Shown in pieces: positions 13,867 to 25,907 of a stretch of DNA of 64,000 bases (position 1 is the first letter of the stretch; each line of letters opens with the position of its first letter). The stretch covers positions 81,654,001 to 81,718,000 of the forward strand of contig NC_043005.1 in the NCBI RefSeq assembly GCF_006345805.1, written 5' to 3'. The position numbers and the translations under genes are program-made. The DNA comes from Octopus sinensis (Eukaryota). Below the pieces are notes generated by a model that worked only from the letters and a program-made list of their open reading frames with translations, was not told where the DNA came from and ran no database searches.

Positions 13867-14085
13867 TTAGGGAATTGGCCTGGAAGGATTGCTAGATCGT
13901 AGAAAATTATTTGCATTAATTCTTCCAGTTCTTTACGTCCTGAGTTCAAATCCTGCCTAGGTCAACTTTTTTTCACATATCTCTCTAGTTGATAAAATAT
14001 GTATCAGTCCAGTAACGGTATAGTTTTTTTTGCGATAAAATCACTCCCCATGCAATTGCTGTCGGTGTGTGTAAATTGCAGTCAA
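13867..14085 (+). mobile_element. SINE family B, highly diverged
   Basis: ttacgtcctgagttcaaatcctgcctaggtcaacttt matches the family B B-box and core. Confidence 0.55.
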
Positions 14086-14262
14086 TGTTATACATGTCCG
14101 TATATATGTGTGTACATTTGTATGTGTGTGTGTGCGTGCTTGGGTGTATATATACCACATTTTTTGTTCTTTAAGAACAAAAAGAATATCGTCCAAATAA
14201 ACCATAGTAATTGAAAGGTAATAATATGTTTTTCAAAATTTGTTTGCAATTATTTCAAAACA

Positions 14263-14555
14263 CAGTAGATACTCGCAGTACAAGTCACCATTGTACGAGT
14301 AATTTGCTGTACGAGCCGAGAGTCGTACGAATTGTTGCCTTGAAGTACGAGCGGAAATCCGTGGTCTGTACACACAACTCGTCGCACTTTTCTTAGACCC
14401 ATCAAAAATTATTTTTGAGTGGTTTTGTGGGGCTGGAACGGATTAATTATATTTTAGTTAACTTCAATAGGGAAAATTGATTTGTAAAACGAGTAAATCG
14501 TAAGACGAGCTGCGTCATGGAACGAAGTAAACTCGTACTGAGATGTATCACTGTA
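14263..14555. mobile_element. Tc1/mariner-pogo (Tigger-like) MITE, copy 2
   Basis: TIRs cagtagatactcgcagtac ... gtactgagatgtatcactg followed by TA; inverted homologue of 3363-3735. Confidence 0.75.
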
Positions 14556-15434
14556 TTTCAGATAAACCCGCAAAATAATGGGTCTGGTAAAATTTATGTT
14601 GCTATTAATTCTTTATGTTCAGAATTCAATACCTTGAGATGATTTTCACATTTGATTTAGGACACTGGCGAATATGCTACGAATTTAGGATGCCAAACTG
14701 GGTGGATTGTTAGAGTGCTAGGCAGAATGCCATATCTTTATATCATTATACCACTTTGTCTACGGACTTCAAACCATAGCATTCACCATGGAAATGTTTC
14801 ATTTACCTTTTCCTCATACCATTTGCGCTTTTTAAGGGTAATTCTTTCTTTTCGACCATATGTTTCATTCTTTTTCAAACGATCATATCCATCGTCTGCT
14901 AATCATGTGCAAACAACAAAACTTATTTAGCTTCAGTATTCCTCTCACAGATGGACATGAGGAGCAAAAAAAAAACCGAATCAGCTTTAGCTTATATTAT
15001 TATTCTTAAATGCTTTCGACTTATTATGTACTTATAATTAATTCTGTCCATTAATATTTATTCCAATATAGATCGTCCTGGATTAAAAACATGTATCATT
15101 CTTACTCTTGCACTGAAGACAGCATTTCCGACCTCTAAACGCCAAGAATATATTTTATACACTTTCACGTCGTTTAGAAAACGGTGTCTTATACCTGAAC
15201 ACTACAATCCACACAATCAATATCATATCTAAGAACAAATAATTCATTCTACTTCGCAAATTAGGCAATTCAAGTCAGCAGGCGCGTCGAAGTTTCATAG
15301 ATCCTATACTGGCAACTCTGTAGGAGTTTGTTATTAAAGAAGTTCAGTATCTTTAGTTAGCGCTCATATAGTCAAAACTCACTAACACATGCAAAAACTG
15401 AATAGATTAATGTAGTATTATTATACATGTGCAA

Positions 15435-16230
15435 GGTGGCGAGCTGGCAGAAACGTTAGCACGCCGGGTGAAATGATTAGCGGCATTTCGTCTGCCGCTA
15501 CGTTCTAAGTTCAAATTCCGCCGAGGTCGACTGTGCCTTTCATCCTTTCGGGGTCGATTAAATAAGTAGCAGTTACGCACTGGGGTCGATATAATCGACT
15601 TAATCTGTTTGTTTGTCCTTGTTTATACTCTCTGTGTTTAGCCCCTTGTGGGTAGTAAAGAAATTCCGCCGAGGTTGACTTTGCCTTTCATCTTTTCGGG
15701 GTCGATTAAATAAGTACCATTTACGCAATGGGGACGATGTAATCCACTTAATCCGTTTGTCTGTCCTTGTTTTTCCCCTCTGTGTATAGCCCCTTGTGGG
15801 TAGTAAAGAAATAAGAAACAGCCCGCCTGGCGAAATGCTTAGCGATATTTCATCTGATTTTACATTTTGAGTTCAAATTCTGCCGAGGTCGACTTTGTCT
15901 TTCATCCTTTCGGGGTCAGTAAATTTAGTACCAATTACGCACTGAGATCGGTCTAATCGACTGGCTCCCTTCTCCCAAATTTCGGGCCTTGTACCTAGAC
16001 AAGAAAATATTATACATGTGCAGAGGTTGGTTGAACTGACAAAATCGTTCTCCCGGTTGTTTATGACCTGATCTCAAATTCCGCCGAGTCCGACATCGCC
16101 TTTAATTCTTTCACGATGAATAATTTAAATACTAGTGGAGCACTGAATGGAATGGGTTTAATTCGATGCAATCGATTAATTCCCTCCCCTCAAAATTGAT
16201 TGCCTGGTGCCCAAATTTGTAAGGGTTATT
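15435..16230 (+). mobile_element. Head-to-tail array of SINE family B units
   Basis: Core ccgaggtcgactttgcctttcatcc recurs near 15521, 15669, 15883 and, diverged, 16084. Confidence 0.85.
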
Positions 16231-18785
16231 TTACATGTATAAAATATCATCTATACAATAGTGATAGAAAAGTGATCATCCACTGCAATAAGCCACTCAG
16301 TGTATAAATGCTTATAAAATGGACGTAAACAACGACCTGTTCGCCAAAAGGAGCAAAGTCGTGTGAAAAGTAGAAAAAAGTCGTTCTTAGATCCAGTTAG
16401 AGATTACTGTCCAATAATTCCGTTTGAGTAAAAGTCACGCATTTGACCTAATTTAAGCTGATAGGTATGACAGGAAGCAATAGTGCATGTGACCAGATTG
16501 AAGAAACTGACTATATTATAATTCTGTTTTTTGCTCGATAACTTAATCTTTATATTCAAGCAACCGCTGAACTGAAAATGTAGTGAATGCGGAGAAATAA
16601 ATTTTAATATTCATAATCAATTGTGGGAATTAAATGGAATATTGAGTATGCTTTTAAATTTTATTTTCGTAATTGCTGAGGCGGTGAGCTGTGAAATTGT
16701 TACGACGCCGGGCTTAGGAGCACTTTGTCCAGCTCTTTTCATTCTGAGTTCGAATGCAGTTGAGGTCAGCTATACCTTTCATTCTTTCGTGCTCGACAAA
16801 GTACGAACCAATTGAGTATTGAGATCGAGGAAATCGACTTCACCCTCCTACCAGAACAAAGGTAGAAATGGTTTTCGCTGTTGTTTGAAGGCTTTTGTCT
16901 GTTTTTTTTTTTCCATTACAAAAACCTCGTTATACAGTATTTCATCCGGCTTTTCACATTTTGCGTTGAAATTCTTTCAAAGTCAGTATTTCCGTTCATA
17001 TTTCTGAGTTCGATAAAAAGTAGCACCAGTGAAAGGGTGAGATAAGTGGTAAAGAGAAACTCCATCCTTCACTACAGCAACCCTTGTGTCTAAATCTGAA
17101 ATCGCTTTATTATTGCGCTTTACATTCTGAAATTATTCATTTTCTGTTTTCGAACCCTACTGAGGTTATCTTTACAGTTCATTCCCACAGAGTCAACAAA
17201 ATAAAGTACTGGTTTAATTCTGCGGTCAAGTTCACTGACCTCACGTCTAAACTCAGAATTGCTGGAATGGTACCTAAATCTGAAGTAGTTATTAACTTCC
17301 TATGCCACATACTCACAAATATAACAGCACGGCACACGAAGAAGATAATATAATTAAGAAATATAATCATAACTAACCACACCATAAATGCAAATTAATT
17401 TTAACTGGTGCATATGTCACACGCCGATTAACAGAGAAACACTTGTTTAATAATTGTAAGTCAAGAATCTGAAGTGAATGGTATAAATGTATGATTATTT
17501 TAAATAAATATCTCATGCCTTAATTGTGTTATGGTTTTTATGTATTCATTTATTTATGTGAGACAAAATTTTCAAATGTATTTAATAAATGTAAACAACT
17601 TACTGTGTGTGTCTGACCATCAAGAGCCGGTTCCCGCCATTTTCCTTTAACAATAACATCAGCCGAGTATTGTTCCTTAAGGGTGTCTATCTCACCGACT
17701 TTGGCAAATTGCACCACTATCTGGACACGAACCTACAACAATGAAAATAATAATAATGAAATCGTATGTATAAGATATCAAAATTAATTTAGTTTATATG
17801 TTGCCTATCAAATCGATATGGTGACATTAGAAATGATATATAGAATAACAAGCAGGCTTTAAAGCAAAGAGAAACAAAAATATGTTTAAATGTTGGGTTA
17901 ATGTAAAACATATATTCCTCATTACTCTGATTTTGTATTCCATCAATGTCACATAAACATTTTTTTAATTCCCAATTGTGAAACGAAATTAATACTCATG
18001 TCAGAGTAACACATATTTTAATCATTTAATTTTGTTTCTATAGAGAGGAGAGAAACCTTGTTAAAACAGTATAGCATTTTGGGGTCAATATTAGCAAAAA
18101 TCTCATATATGTTTAATAACATTTGAAACAAATTTCAGAGACAAAACCATTAAAGTCTAAGCAGAAATCTGTTTGTGGGTTGTATTCTGAAAATTTCGGA
18201 TTGATTTCAATAATTTGATGAAGATGAATCAAACCACATTTTATAGATTTGTTACTATTATTAATTTTCATAAAATTACTCTTATCAATAGTGTTATATT
18301 TTGCTTCCAGATCATAGCTGATCGAGAGAATATGTGATCAATGGTGTGTCAGAGATAACCATGTTGTCTTTCGTTCACCTGTAAAGTACTGAAACTACAT
18401 TAGCCCAAAACCTTTGTTTGAGAACGTGTGGTGAATTTAAGAAAAAAAAACGTGTCACTTAATGTATTAAGACTTCATAAGTCACGATACTAAATTATAT
18501 GTTGCATTTCATATGGCATGTGGGGCAAAAAAAAATCATCTTGCTCAAGTACTCTCTTATTGATACGCAAATTCATATATATATATATATATACGTACAA
18601 ACTTGCATACACACAAGCACGCACACACACACTCATACACAAATATACATATACACGCTTGTGCGTATATCTATCTATCTATCTATCCATCCATGTACCT
18701 ACCAATCTATCTATTTGTCTATCTATCTGTCTTTTTTTTTATTTCATCTAGTTTCAGCTCACGAGCTGTGGCCATGTATATATCT

Positions 18786-19010
18786 ATTTCTTTACTACCC
18801 ACAAGGGGCCAAACACAGAGAGGACAAACAAGGACAGACAAACGGATTAAGTCGATTATATCGACCCCAGTGCGTAACTGGTACTTATTTAATCGACCCC
18901 GAAAGGATGAAAGGCAAAGTCGACCTCGGCGGAATTTGAACTCAGAACGTAACGGCAGACGAAATACGGCTACGCATTTCGCCCGGCGTGCTAACGTTTC
19001 TGCCAGACGT
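18786..19010 (-). mobile_element. SINE family B, well preserved
   Basis: Reverse complement of the family B pattern from ctggcagaaacgttagcacg to gggtagtaaagaaata. Confidence 0.9.
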
Positions 19011-20845
19011 TAATCAGATGATGATGATATATACATGGCCACAGCTCGTGAGCTGAAACTAGACGAAATAATAATAAAAAATACAGATATATACACACAC
19101 ACGTACTGGCGCTTGTGTGTGATAGAAACAACTATTATTTTACCAAGAAGTGCTGCTACATATTCGGTTGTAGTAGATAAAAATTTCACATTGAAAACTT
19201 TTGCCTAATTCCTACTCGTTTTGGCACTTGGTTTTCTTCTATATTTGGAAACCTTCCAAATTATATTAGAAAAATTAAAGCAATAACGTTTGTTTGTTCA
19301 TATGTGTATATTAATATAACTAGTGTCATATTAAGCAGTTCTTTACTTATGCTACAAAGCTTTATCTCACTTGGTCGCAAGTTTTTTTATCGAGCAAAAA
19401 ATAAACCCTTCAGCAATATATAGCAAGACTCACAAAAGGAATCTATTCGTCTGTTAATTCTTTCATTGTAATTTTTTAAATATTTTCAGCAATATTAGCA
19501 AATGTCTGTTTTTGTTTAACACCACTCTATTTCAAACTTACTTTAATTTAATGGAAAGAAATGCTGTATGATGCCAAAAGACATATACTTATTTGGAAAA
19601 TAGAAATTTAGTCCTGGTTCATGTGTTATATTTTAACACAATTTGTAGCAATATAGACAATAAACAGTCTATACATTGAGTAAACATTCTTAGTTAGTCT
19701 CTCTATTAAGTTTGTTAATTCTTGGCTTATTTTTTATGTTGCTTTCAAGGAGAAACGTCAACATTTATTGAACGGCAATTTTGAATACTTTAGGGGCAAA
19801 AAGATTTTTCAATATTCTACGAAGTATTGAATGCGTTTAATTAATAAAATCAACGTACTATGAAGTATATATGTTGTCCGTTATTTCTCTGTAGATATCA
19901 AAATATAGAAGATATACATAACATTTAAAAGAGAAAAATGGCCATAAAAAAGCACTTTAATAGAATAAACATTTTTACTGATCGTTCGATACAAGCAATT
20001 AAAATAATTTAAATAAGGTAGGGATAAATAAAAAACTGTAAGCAATTATCCATTTCAATGGCAAATATAGATATTAAAAGTAATACAATCAAAGGTTATT
20101 AAATGTTACTCTTTCAATGTTACCATTCAACATCTCTGATCTTTGTATAGATTATACCAATTATTGGAGCCTTATTATTTAACAGCAATAAAAAAATGTA
20201 TAAGCTCAATTTTGCAATATTAATTCGGTAAAATATCACTTAAACATTTATGTGTGTCGTTTTTTTAGGTTTTATCAATTCTGTTCATAGTCATCTGTTA
20301 TTGGAATATTATACTAAGTAAAACAGAGCGACACTGAATTACAAGCGATAAACCATCGAGAAGTTATTATGCATCTTTGATTGCCGAGTCAATACAATTT
20401 ACATCTTGTTCATTGCAATGTCTTTGAGATAAGTATAAATTTCCCATCAGACCCTACTTTACAGAAAATAACATCGTATCTATAACTTATTTAAGATTTA
20501 GAGCAGTTTTCCTTAACACTATGCAAATTAATCATTTAAGTATATATAGTTCTTAGCTAAAAAGAATTTTTAACATGATAAAATTCACGTAGTGGAAATT
20601 GTAGATTGACACACTAAATTACTCGTATATTTAGGTCACCACATCAATATTCTAATTTCGAACCACTACACGTTTATATCTCCTTAGACAAATTAATCTA
20701 TTGCAGCGACTCTAAAAATAATGCACCTTGTTATAATGATAAATTTACATTCCGTCAAATGAATGCGCTTGGTTTCGTATACTGCCAATGTACTTAGCTT
20801 ATTCAGACTGATAGTAATTAGTTAAATATATGAAGGAATATCGAA

Positions 20846-21310
20846 GGCGGCGAGCCGTCAGAAACGTTAGCACGCCGGACGATATGCTTAGCGATATTTC
20901 GTCTGCCGCTACGTCCTGAGTTCAAATTCCGCCGAGGTCGACTTTGCCTTTCATCCTTTCGGGGTCGATTAAATAAGAACCAGTTACGCACTGGGGTCGA
21001 TTAAATAAGAACCAGTTACGCACTGGGGTCGATATAATCGACTGAATCCGTTTGTCTCCTCTATGTTTAGCCCGTTGTGGGCAATAAAGAAATAAGAAAC
21101 GTTAGCTCGCCGGGCGAAATGTGTAGCGTATTTCGTCTGCCGTTACGTTCTGGGTTCAAATTCCGCCGAGGTCGACTTTGTCTTTCATAGTTTCGGGGTC
21201 GATAAATTAAGTACCAGTTACGCACTGGGGTCAATATAATCGACTTAATCCGTTTGTCTGTCCTTGTTTGTCCCCTATGTGTTTAACCCCTTGTGGGTAG
21301 TAAAGAAATA
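20846..21310 (+). mobile_element. SINE family B dimer with internal 32-bp tandem duplication
   Basis: Two units joined at aagaaataagaaacgttagc; ggggtcgattaaataagaaccagttacgcact occurs twice in tandem in the first unit. Confidence 0.9.
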
Positions 21311-22539
21311 TATATGAGGAAAAATTATCTTTACCTAAATGATAGTTTTCTTTCGATTCACACAAACCCCGCGCGTGCAAACACACATATATGTATGTAT
21401 ATATGTATGTCTATATATTTATGTATATACACAATATACACACCTTGTGTATGTATGTGTAATTTTGTAATGTGATCATATAGACGGATATTTGCATTCA
21501 GCAACATATTAATTCGCGAGTAGAAAATAAATAGATTTAGGTGTACATGTCCATTTGCACGTGGGTGTCTCTGGCTTATATATTTCAGTAATAAAACTCG
21601 GAAATATACGAGCAGACAACATAATCTATATTGTCTGCTCGGTTGTCTTCGATCATAGACTTAGTCAGAGCTCACACCAAAATCATCTACAACAGCGGAA
21701 AAAGAAAAGCAACAGCTGAAATTTTAACGTAATCAGTACTAGCAACGCATCGCATACATAAATCTCTCACACCCACATATACAAACAGACTTATCATTCA
21801 CATCAAAACGACTGCTAGACCCGCACTCACCCTACTTTATTAGTTTTAAGGGTATGACGAATTTGAGAAAAATAAAGACGGCATACCTAAGGCCGAAATG
21901 TAGTTGACTATAGATATTAGAGGCCTAATCTTCTACTTTATAAAAACCAATTCCACGTAACCATTCGTCTCCTATTTCCCTCTTGGTATCCTTCGATGCT
22001 TTTTGACAAATATTGTAATATATTTCCATCACGTTATTTCAACGGAGAGCAATATATCCTTTTGTGTATAAAAATCAATTGTAATCTAATTTTTTGAAGC
22101 TTTTCTCATTCTCTGCACTAAATTCATTTTGAATAACAGAAACAATTTTGATGAATAAAATCTTCTGAGATGTTTACGTTCTACAGTTTAATAATGGTAG
22201 TTTAACTTTTCATCCATTCATCATCAATAAAACCGAACAATTCTCAAAGGTATTAGTGCAATATATCCTGTCCTTTTCTCCCCTTCCTGGTTTTTCTTAT
22301 TTTTACATCAGTTTTATGTACGTTGTGCATTTTCAATATATTCCACTTTATTCTATTATTTTTCATCATCATCATCATCCTCATTACCATCACCAACACA
22401 ATCACCATCACTTTTATATTCAGCATCACCACCCTCCTCATCCTCATCACCACCGACATCACTATTACCACCACTACAATGAACACTACCACCACTAACA
22501 CCATAACCACCACTCGACTAAACAGCACATGACATTGCA

Positions 22540-22825
22540 GGTAAGATGGAGTTACGATTTTCTTTATGCCGAGCAGCCCGTCCCGCTCAAAAGTTCCATG
22601 AACAACATTTGTTTAAGGATGTTGCACGAAAAACACAAGTTTCCAGAGGTGAATTATGCAAACCCCAGACAATTCTTCTCAGTTATGGCTATGATACCGC
22701 CCCCACTGCTTCTGCTCGTGATCAAAGAGGGATCTGTCGTCAGCCACTAAGGGAGATGTTCAACTGGTTAATGTCAAATAACTGACAAGCAAATCTGTGG
22801 CACAGAGCAGAATATTTGTTGTAGC
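22540..22825. mobile_element. Unclassified interspersed repeat (family R), fragment
   Basis: Homologous to about 23170-23435 (ggatgttg, gtttccag, tcgtgatca, gtcagccactaaggg, aaatctgtgg). Confidence 0.7.
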
Positions 22826-22827
22826 CC

Positions 22828-22972
22828 ATCGTTCTGAATTCAAATTCCGCTGAGGTCGACATTGCATTCCATCTTTTCGGGCTCGATTAAAGTGCCATTT
22901 GCGCACTGGAGTCAATGTAATGGACTTAATAATCCCTTCTCCAAATTTGAGGCGTTGTGCTTCTAGTAAAAA
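22828..22972 (+). mobile_element. SINE family B, 5'-truncated
   Basis: gttctgaattcaaattccgctgaggtcgac core. Confidence 0.75.
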
Positions 22973-23002
22973 TATTATTATCATTATTATTATTATTATT
23001 AT

Positions 23003-23435
23003 TGAGCGAGAGAGCAATGCGTGCCATCGAAGTGACGCTGAGGGACAAACATATCAAGCCCTATATATTCATCATGACTATTCGTCTAATAAGAGTACAT
23101 CAGGCTCATGCATCACAACCATATGTGCGTGACATGGTGACCCATTATCAACATAAACTGCGCAAGACCCTGCAGATGGAGTCAAGTTAGAAATTTCTTC
23201 ATGTCGAGAAGCTTATCCTGGTCCAAAGGTTCCTGAATAAGGGTTGTTTCAGGATGTTGAACAAAACACATATGTTTCCAGTGGTGAATTATTCACCCCA
23301 AAAGAATACCTCTGAACACATGGATATGAAACTCCCTAGTATCTCCTGTTCGTGATCAGAGATGTGCATATCGTCAGCCACTAAGGGTTACGTTCAGTTG
23401 GTTAAGGTCAATAAACTAACAAATCTGTGGTATTT
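23003..23435. mobile_element. Unclassified repeat family R, longer copy (possibly a LINE 3' UTR on the minus strand)
   Basis: Homologous to 22540-22825 and, inverted, to 37320-37527; abuts an (ATT)n run. Confidence 0.65.
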
Positions 23436-23604
23436 GATGCAGCCCATCATTTGTACCAAGATAAATCATGTACATGATAACGTTTCCTTTCAGTTAACAT
23501 CATAAGCCATGAGAGCCACTGCCTGGTACTGTATCTGTGTGTTGTTATGATTATGATTATTATTGTTGTTGTTGTTGTTATAATCCCTATTATTATTATT
23601 AATG

Positions 23605-23775
23605 AGGCGGCGAAATGCTTAGCAGTATTTCGCCTGCCACTACGTTCTGCGTTCAAACTCCGCCGACGTTAACTTTGTCTTTCATTCTTTCGGGGCGATA
23701 AATTAAGTACCAGTTGAACACTTGGGTCGATGCAATCGACATATCCCGTCCCTAAAATGGCAAAATTTGATACCA
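23605..23775 (+). mobile_element. SINE family B
   Basis: gcgaaatgcttagcagtatttcg, gttcaaactccgccga, ctttcattctttcgggg. Confidence 0.8.
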
Positions 23776-23825
23776 TTATTATTGTTGTTGCTGTTTTTCT
23801 TGTTTTTCTTGTTGTTCTTGTTTTT

Positions 23826-24118
23826 CATGCCCAGTGGTTAAGATTCATGAACTCATTGCCCAGTGGTTCAGGTTTTGCCCTCACTATCGCGAGATCAGTT
23901 TCTGGACTTGAGCGAAACAATTCATCTCACGTTGCTCGGCGATCGCTTCGGCACCAGTCACGTGGTACACCGTGCCTCTGTTCAGGCAACGTCGATTTGA
24001 TGGAGGGAATGAGCTGATGTACAACGCATACATTTGATCACTATAAACAAACTCATTTGCGCAGGTCATTCAGCGAAAGTTGAACGCTCCTACATCGCCT
24101 TCGACGCGGTAGTCCACC
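23826..24118 (+). mobile_element. tRNA-derived SINE of another family, diverged
   Basis: Duplicated A-box-like tgcccagtggtt, cttgagcgaaaca motif like the element at 25617, GC-richer island. Confidence 0.5.
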
Positions 24119-24504
24119 ATCAGCATCATCGTCAGCATCATTATTATTGTTACCGTTATTGGCATTATTAATATTGTTATGGTATGATCACGATTGTATC
24201 ATCCTCTTTTCAAAAATCACATTATGACGATCAGGATGGGGAGGCGGGGAAGAAGTTTCATAATTATCATCAATCTCGTTACGATATCTTCACGTTCATC
24301 CTAACCATTTTCATAATTAATATTTTCATGATTTTTTTTCTCATTATCTTTTTACTCTTTCTTTTCTATTATCCTCATTAGAATAACCATCACGACAAGG
24401 ACGACCATCATCGTCCTGAATATCACCAGAATCTTCATTACTTTCTTTATAGTCTCAAAATAGTCATTATTTGTTTCCTGGTTTTATTTTACTTGTTTTG
24501 TTTT

Positions 24505-25110
24505 AGTCCTTTACTGGTTTCAGCCAGAGGCTGGAGCACCACATTTCAGTGTTTTGGGATCTCCTTTTCGTAGTGTTTTCGGTAAAGAAGCGAGTTGGAC
24601 GAAACTGCTCTTCTTTGTGCCTCCTTTTGCTATGTGGATTTCAGATAGAAATTTACCCAGGTGCCTTTTGAAAGTTTCCACATGACATCTACACGTCGCA
24701 AATTTCTGAAGTTGTTTGGCAGGGTATTAAACAGTTGTGGTCCCTTGAAACTCAAGCACTACATTTCAGTGTTTCGGGGTCTCCCTTTTGTTGTGTTTTT
24801 GGTGAAGAAGCGAGTTGGACGAAACTGCTCTTCCTCGTGCCTCCTGTCGTGGTGTGGGTTCACCCGGGATTTCAGATTGAAATTTGCCCAGGTGCCTTTT
24901 GAAAGTTTCCACATCTACACCTCGCAGATCTCTGAGGCTGTTTGGCAGGGTATTAAACAGTTGTGGTCCCTTGAAACTCAAGCTGTTGCAGTACAGTGTC
25001 TTTATTCGAGAAGACAAGGGGTCTTTGGTATTACGCAGGGCCGTATAGTGCAGTGATTGGTATAGCTTTTAATTCCAAAGTTGGGAGCTAGATCTTCCAT
25101 ATGTGTATCC
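24505..25110 (-). mobile_element. CR1-group LINE 3' end with duplicated terminal ~220 bp
   Basis: Minus strand reads YCNSLSFKGPQLFNTLP...TFKRHL...NSLLHQ, homologous to the C-terminus of ORF 52820-53935; 24537-24756 and 24757-24982 are direct copies. Confidence 0.8.
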
Positions 25111-25134
25111 CTGAATATCTTTTTGCCGTTTAAT

Positions 25135-25507
25135 CTTTTACGCTTTTACTTGTTTCAGTCATGCTGGAGCACCGCCTTTAGTCGAGCAAATCGACCCCAA
25201 GACTTATTCTTTGTGAGCCTGCTACTTATTCTATTGGACTCTTCTACCGAACCGCCAAGTTACGGGGATGTAAATACACCAACATCGGCTGTCAAACGAT
25301 GGTGACAAGACAAATATAGACATACAGATATATACATATACATATATAGGACGGGCTTCTTTCAGTTTCCATCTACGAAATCCATTCACAAAGCTTTTGT
25401 CGGCCCGAGATTATAGTAGAAGAAACTTTCCCAAGGCACCACGCAGTGGGAATGAACTTGGAGCCATATGGTTGGGAAGCACGCTTCTTACCACACAGCC
25501 ATAACCT
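25135..25507 (-). mobile_element. SINE family A
   Basis: Reverse complement of family A from ggctgtgtggtaag to gactgaaacaagtaaaag. Confidence 0.88.
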
Positions 25508-25616
25508 TTTTAATACTTTTTTTTTCAGTTTCTTAACAATGCTACTCTTGTGTCTGCGAACGGGTTTGAAATCAACACTGCACGTCAACAGCAAAGTATT
25601 TGTAAAAATAGAAAAG

Positions 25617-25907
25617 CGCGTGGCTCAGAGGTTAGGGTATTCGACTCGCAATCGTATAGCCATGGGTTCTATTCCCGGCAGCACGTTGTGCCCTTGAGCA
25701 AGGCACTTTATTTCCCTTCAGCTGGCAAAAATGAGTTGTACCAGTAATTCTAAGAGCCAGATTCTGTGTCACGCTAAATCTCTCTGTTTAAGAAGTCGCG
25801 TGTTCGTGAAGTGCTCAACCACTTGCGGGTTAATTTCACAAAGCCACTGTTCCGTTGATCGGATCGGATCAACTGGAACACTCGTTGTCGCAACCGACGG
25901 AGAGCCA
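25617..25907 (+). mobile_element. tRNA-derived SINE, family C
   Basis: A box tggctcagagg, B box ggttctattcc, CORE/V-like gttgtgcccttgagcaaggcacttta, 3' hairpins. Confidence 0.7.
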
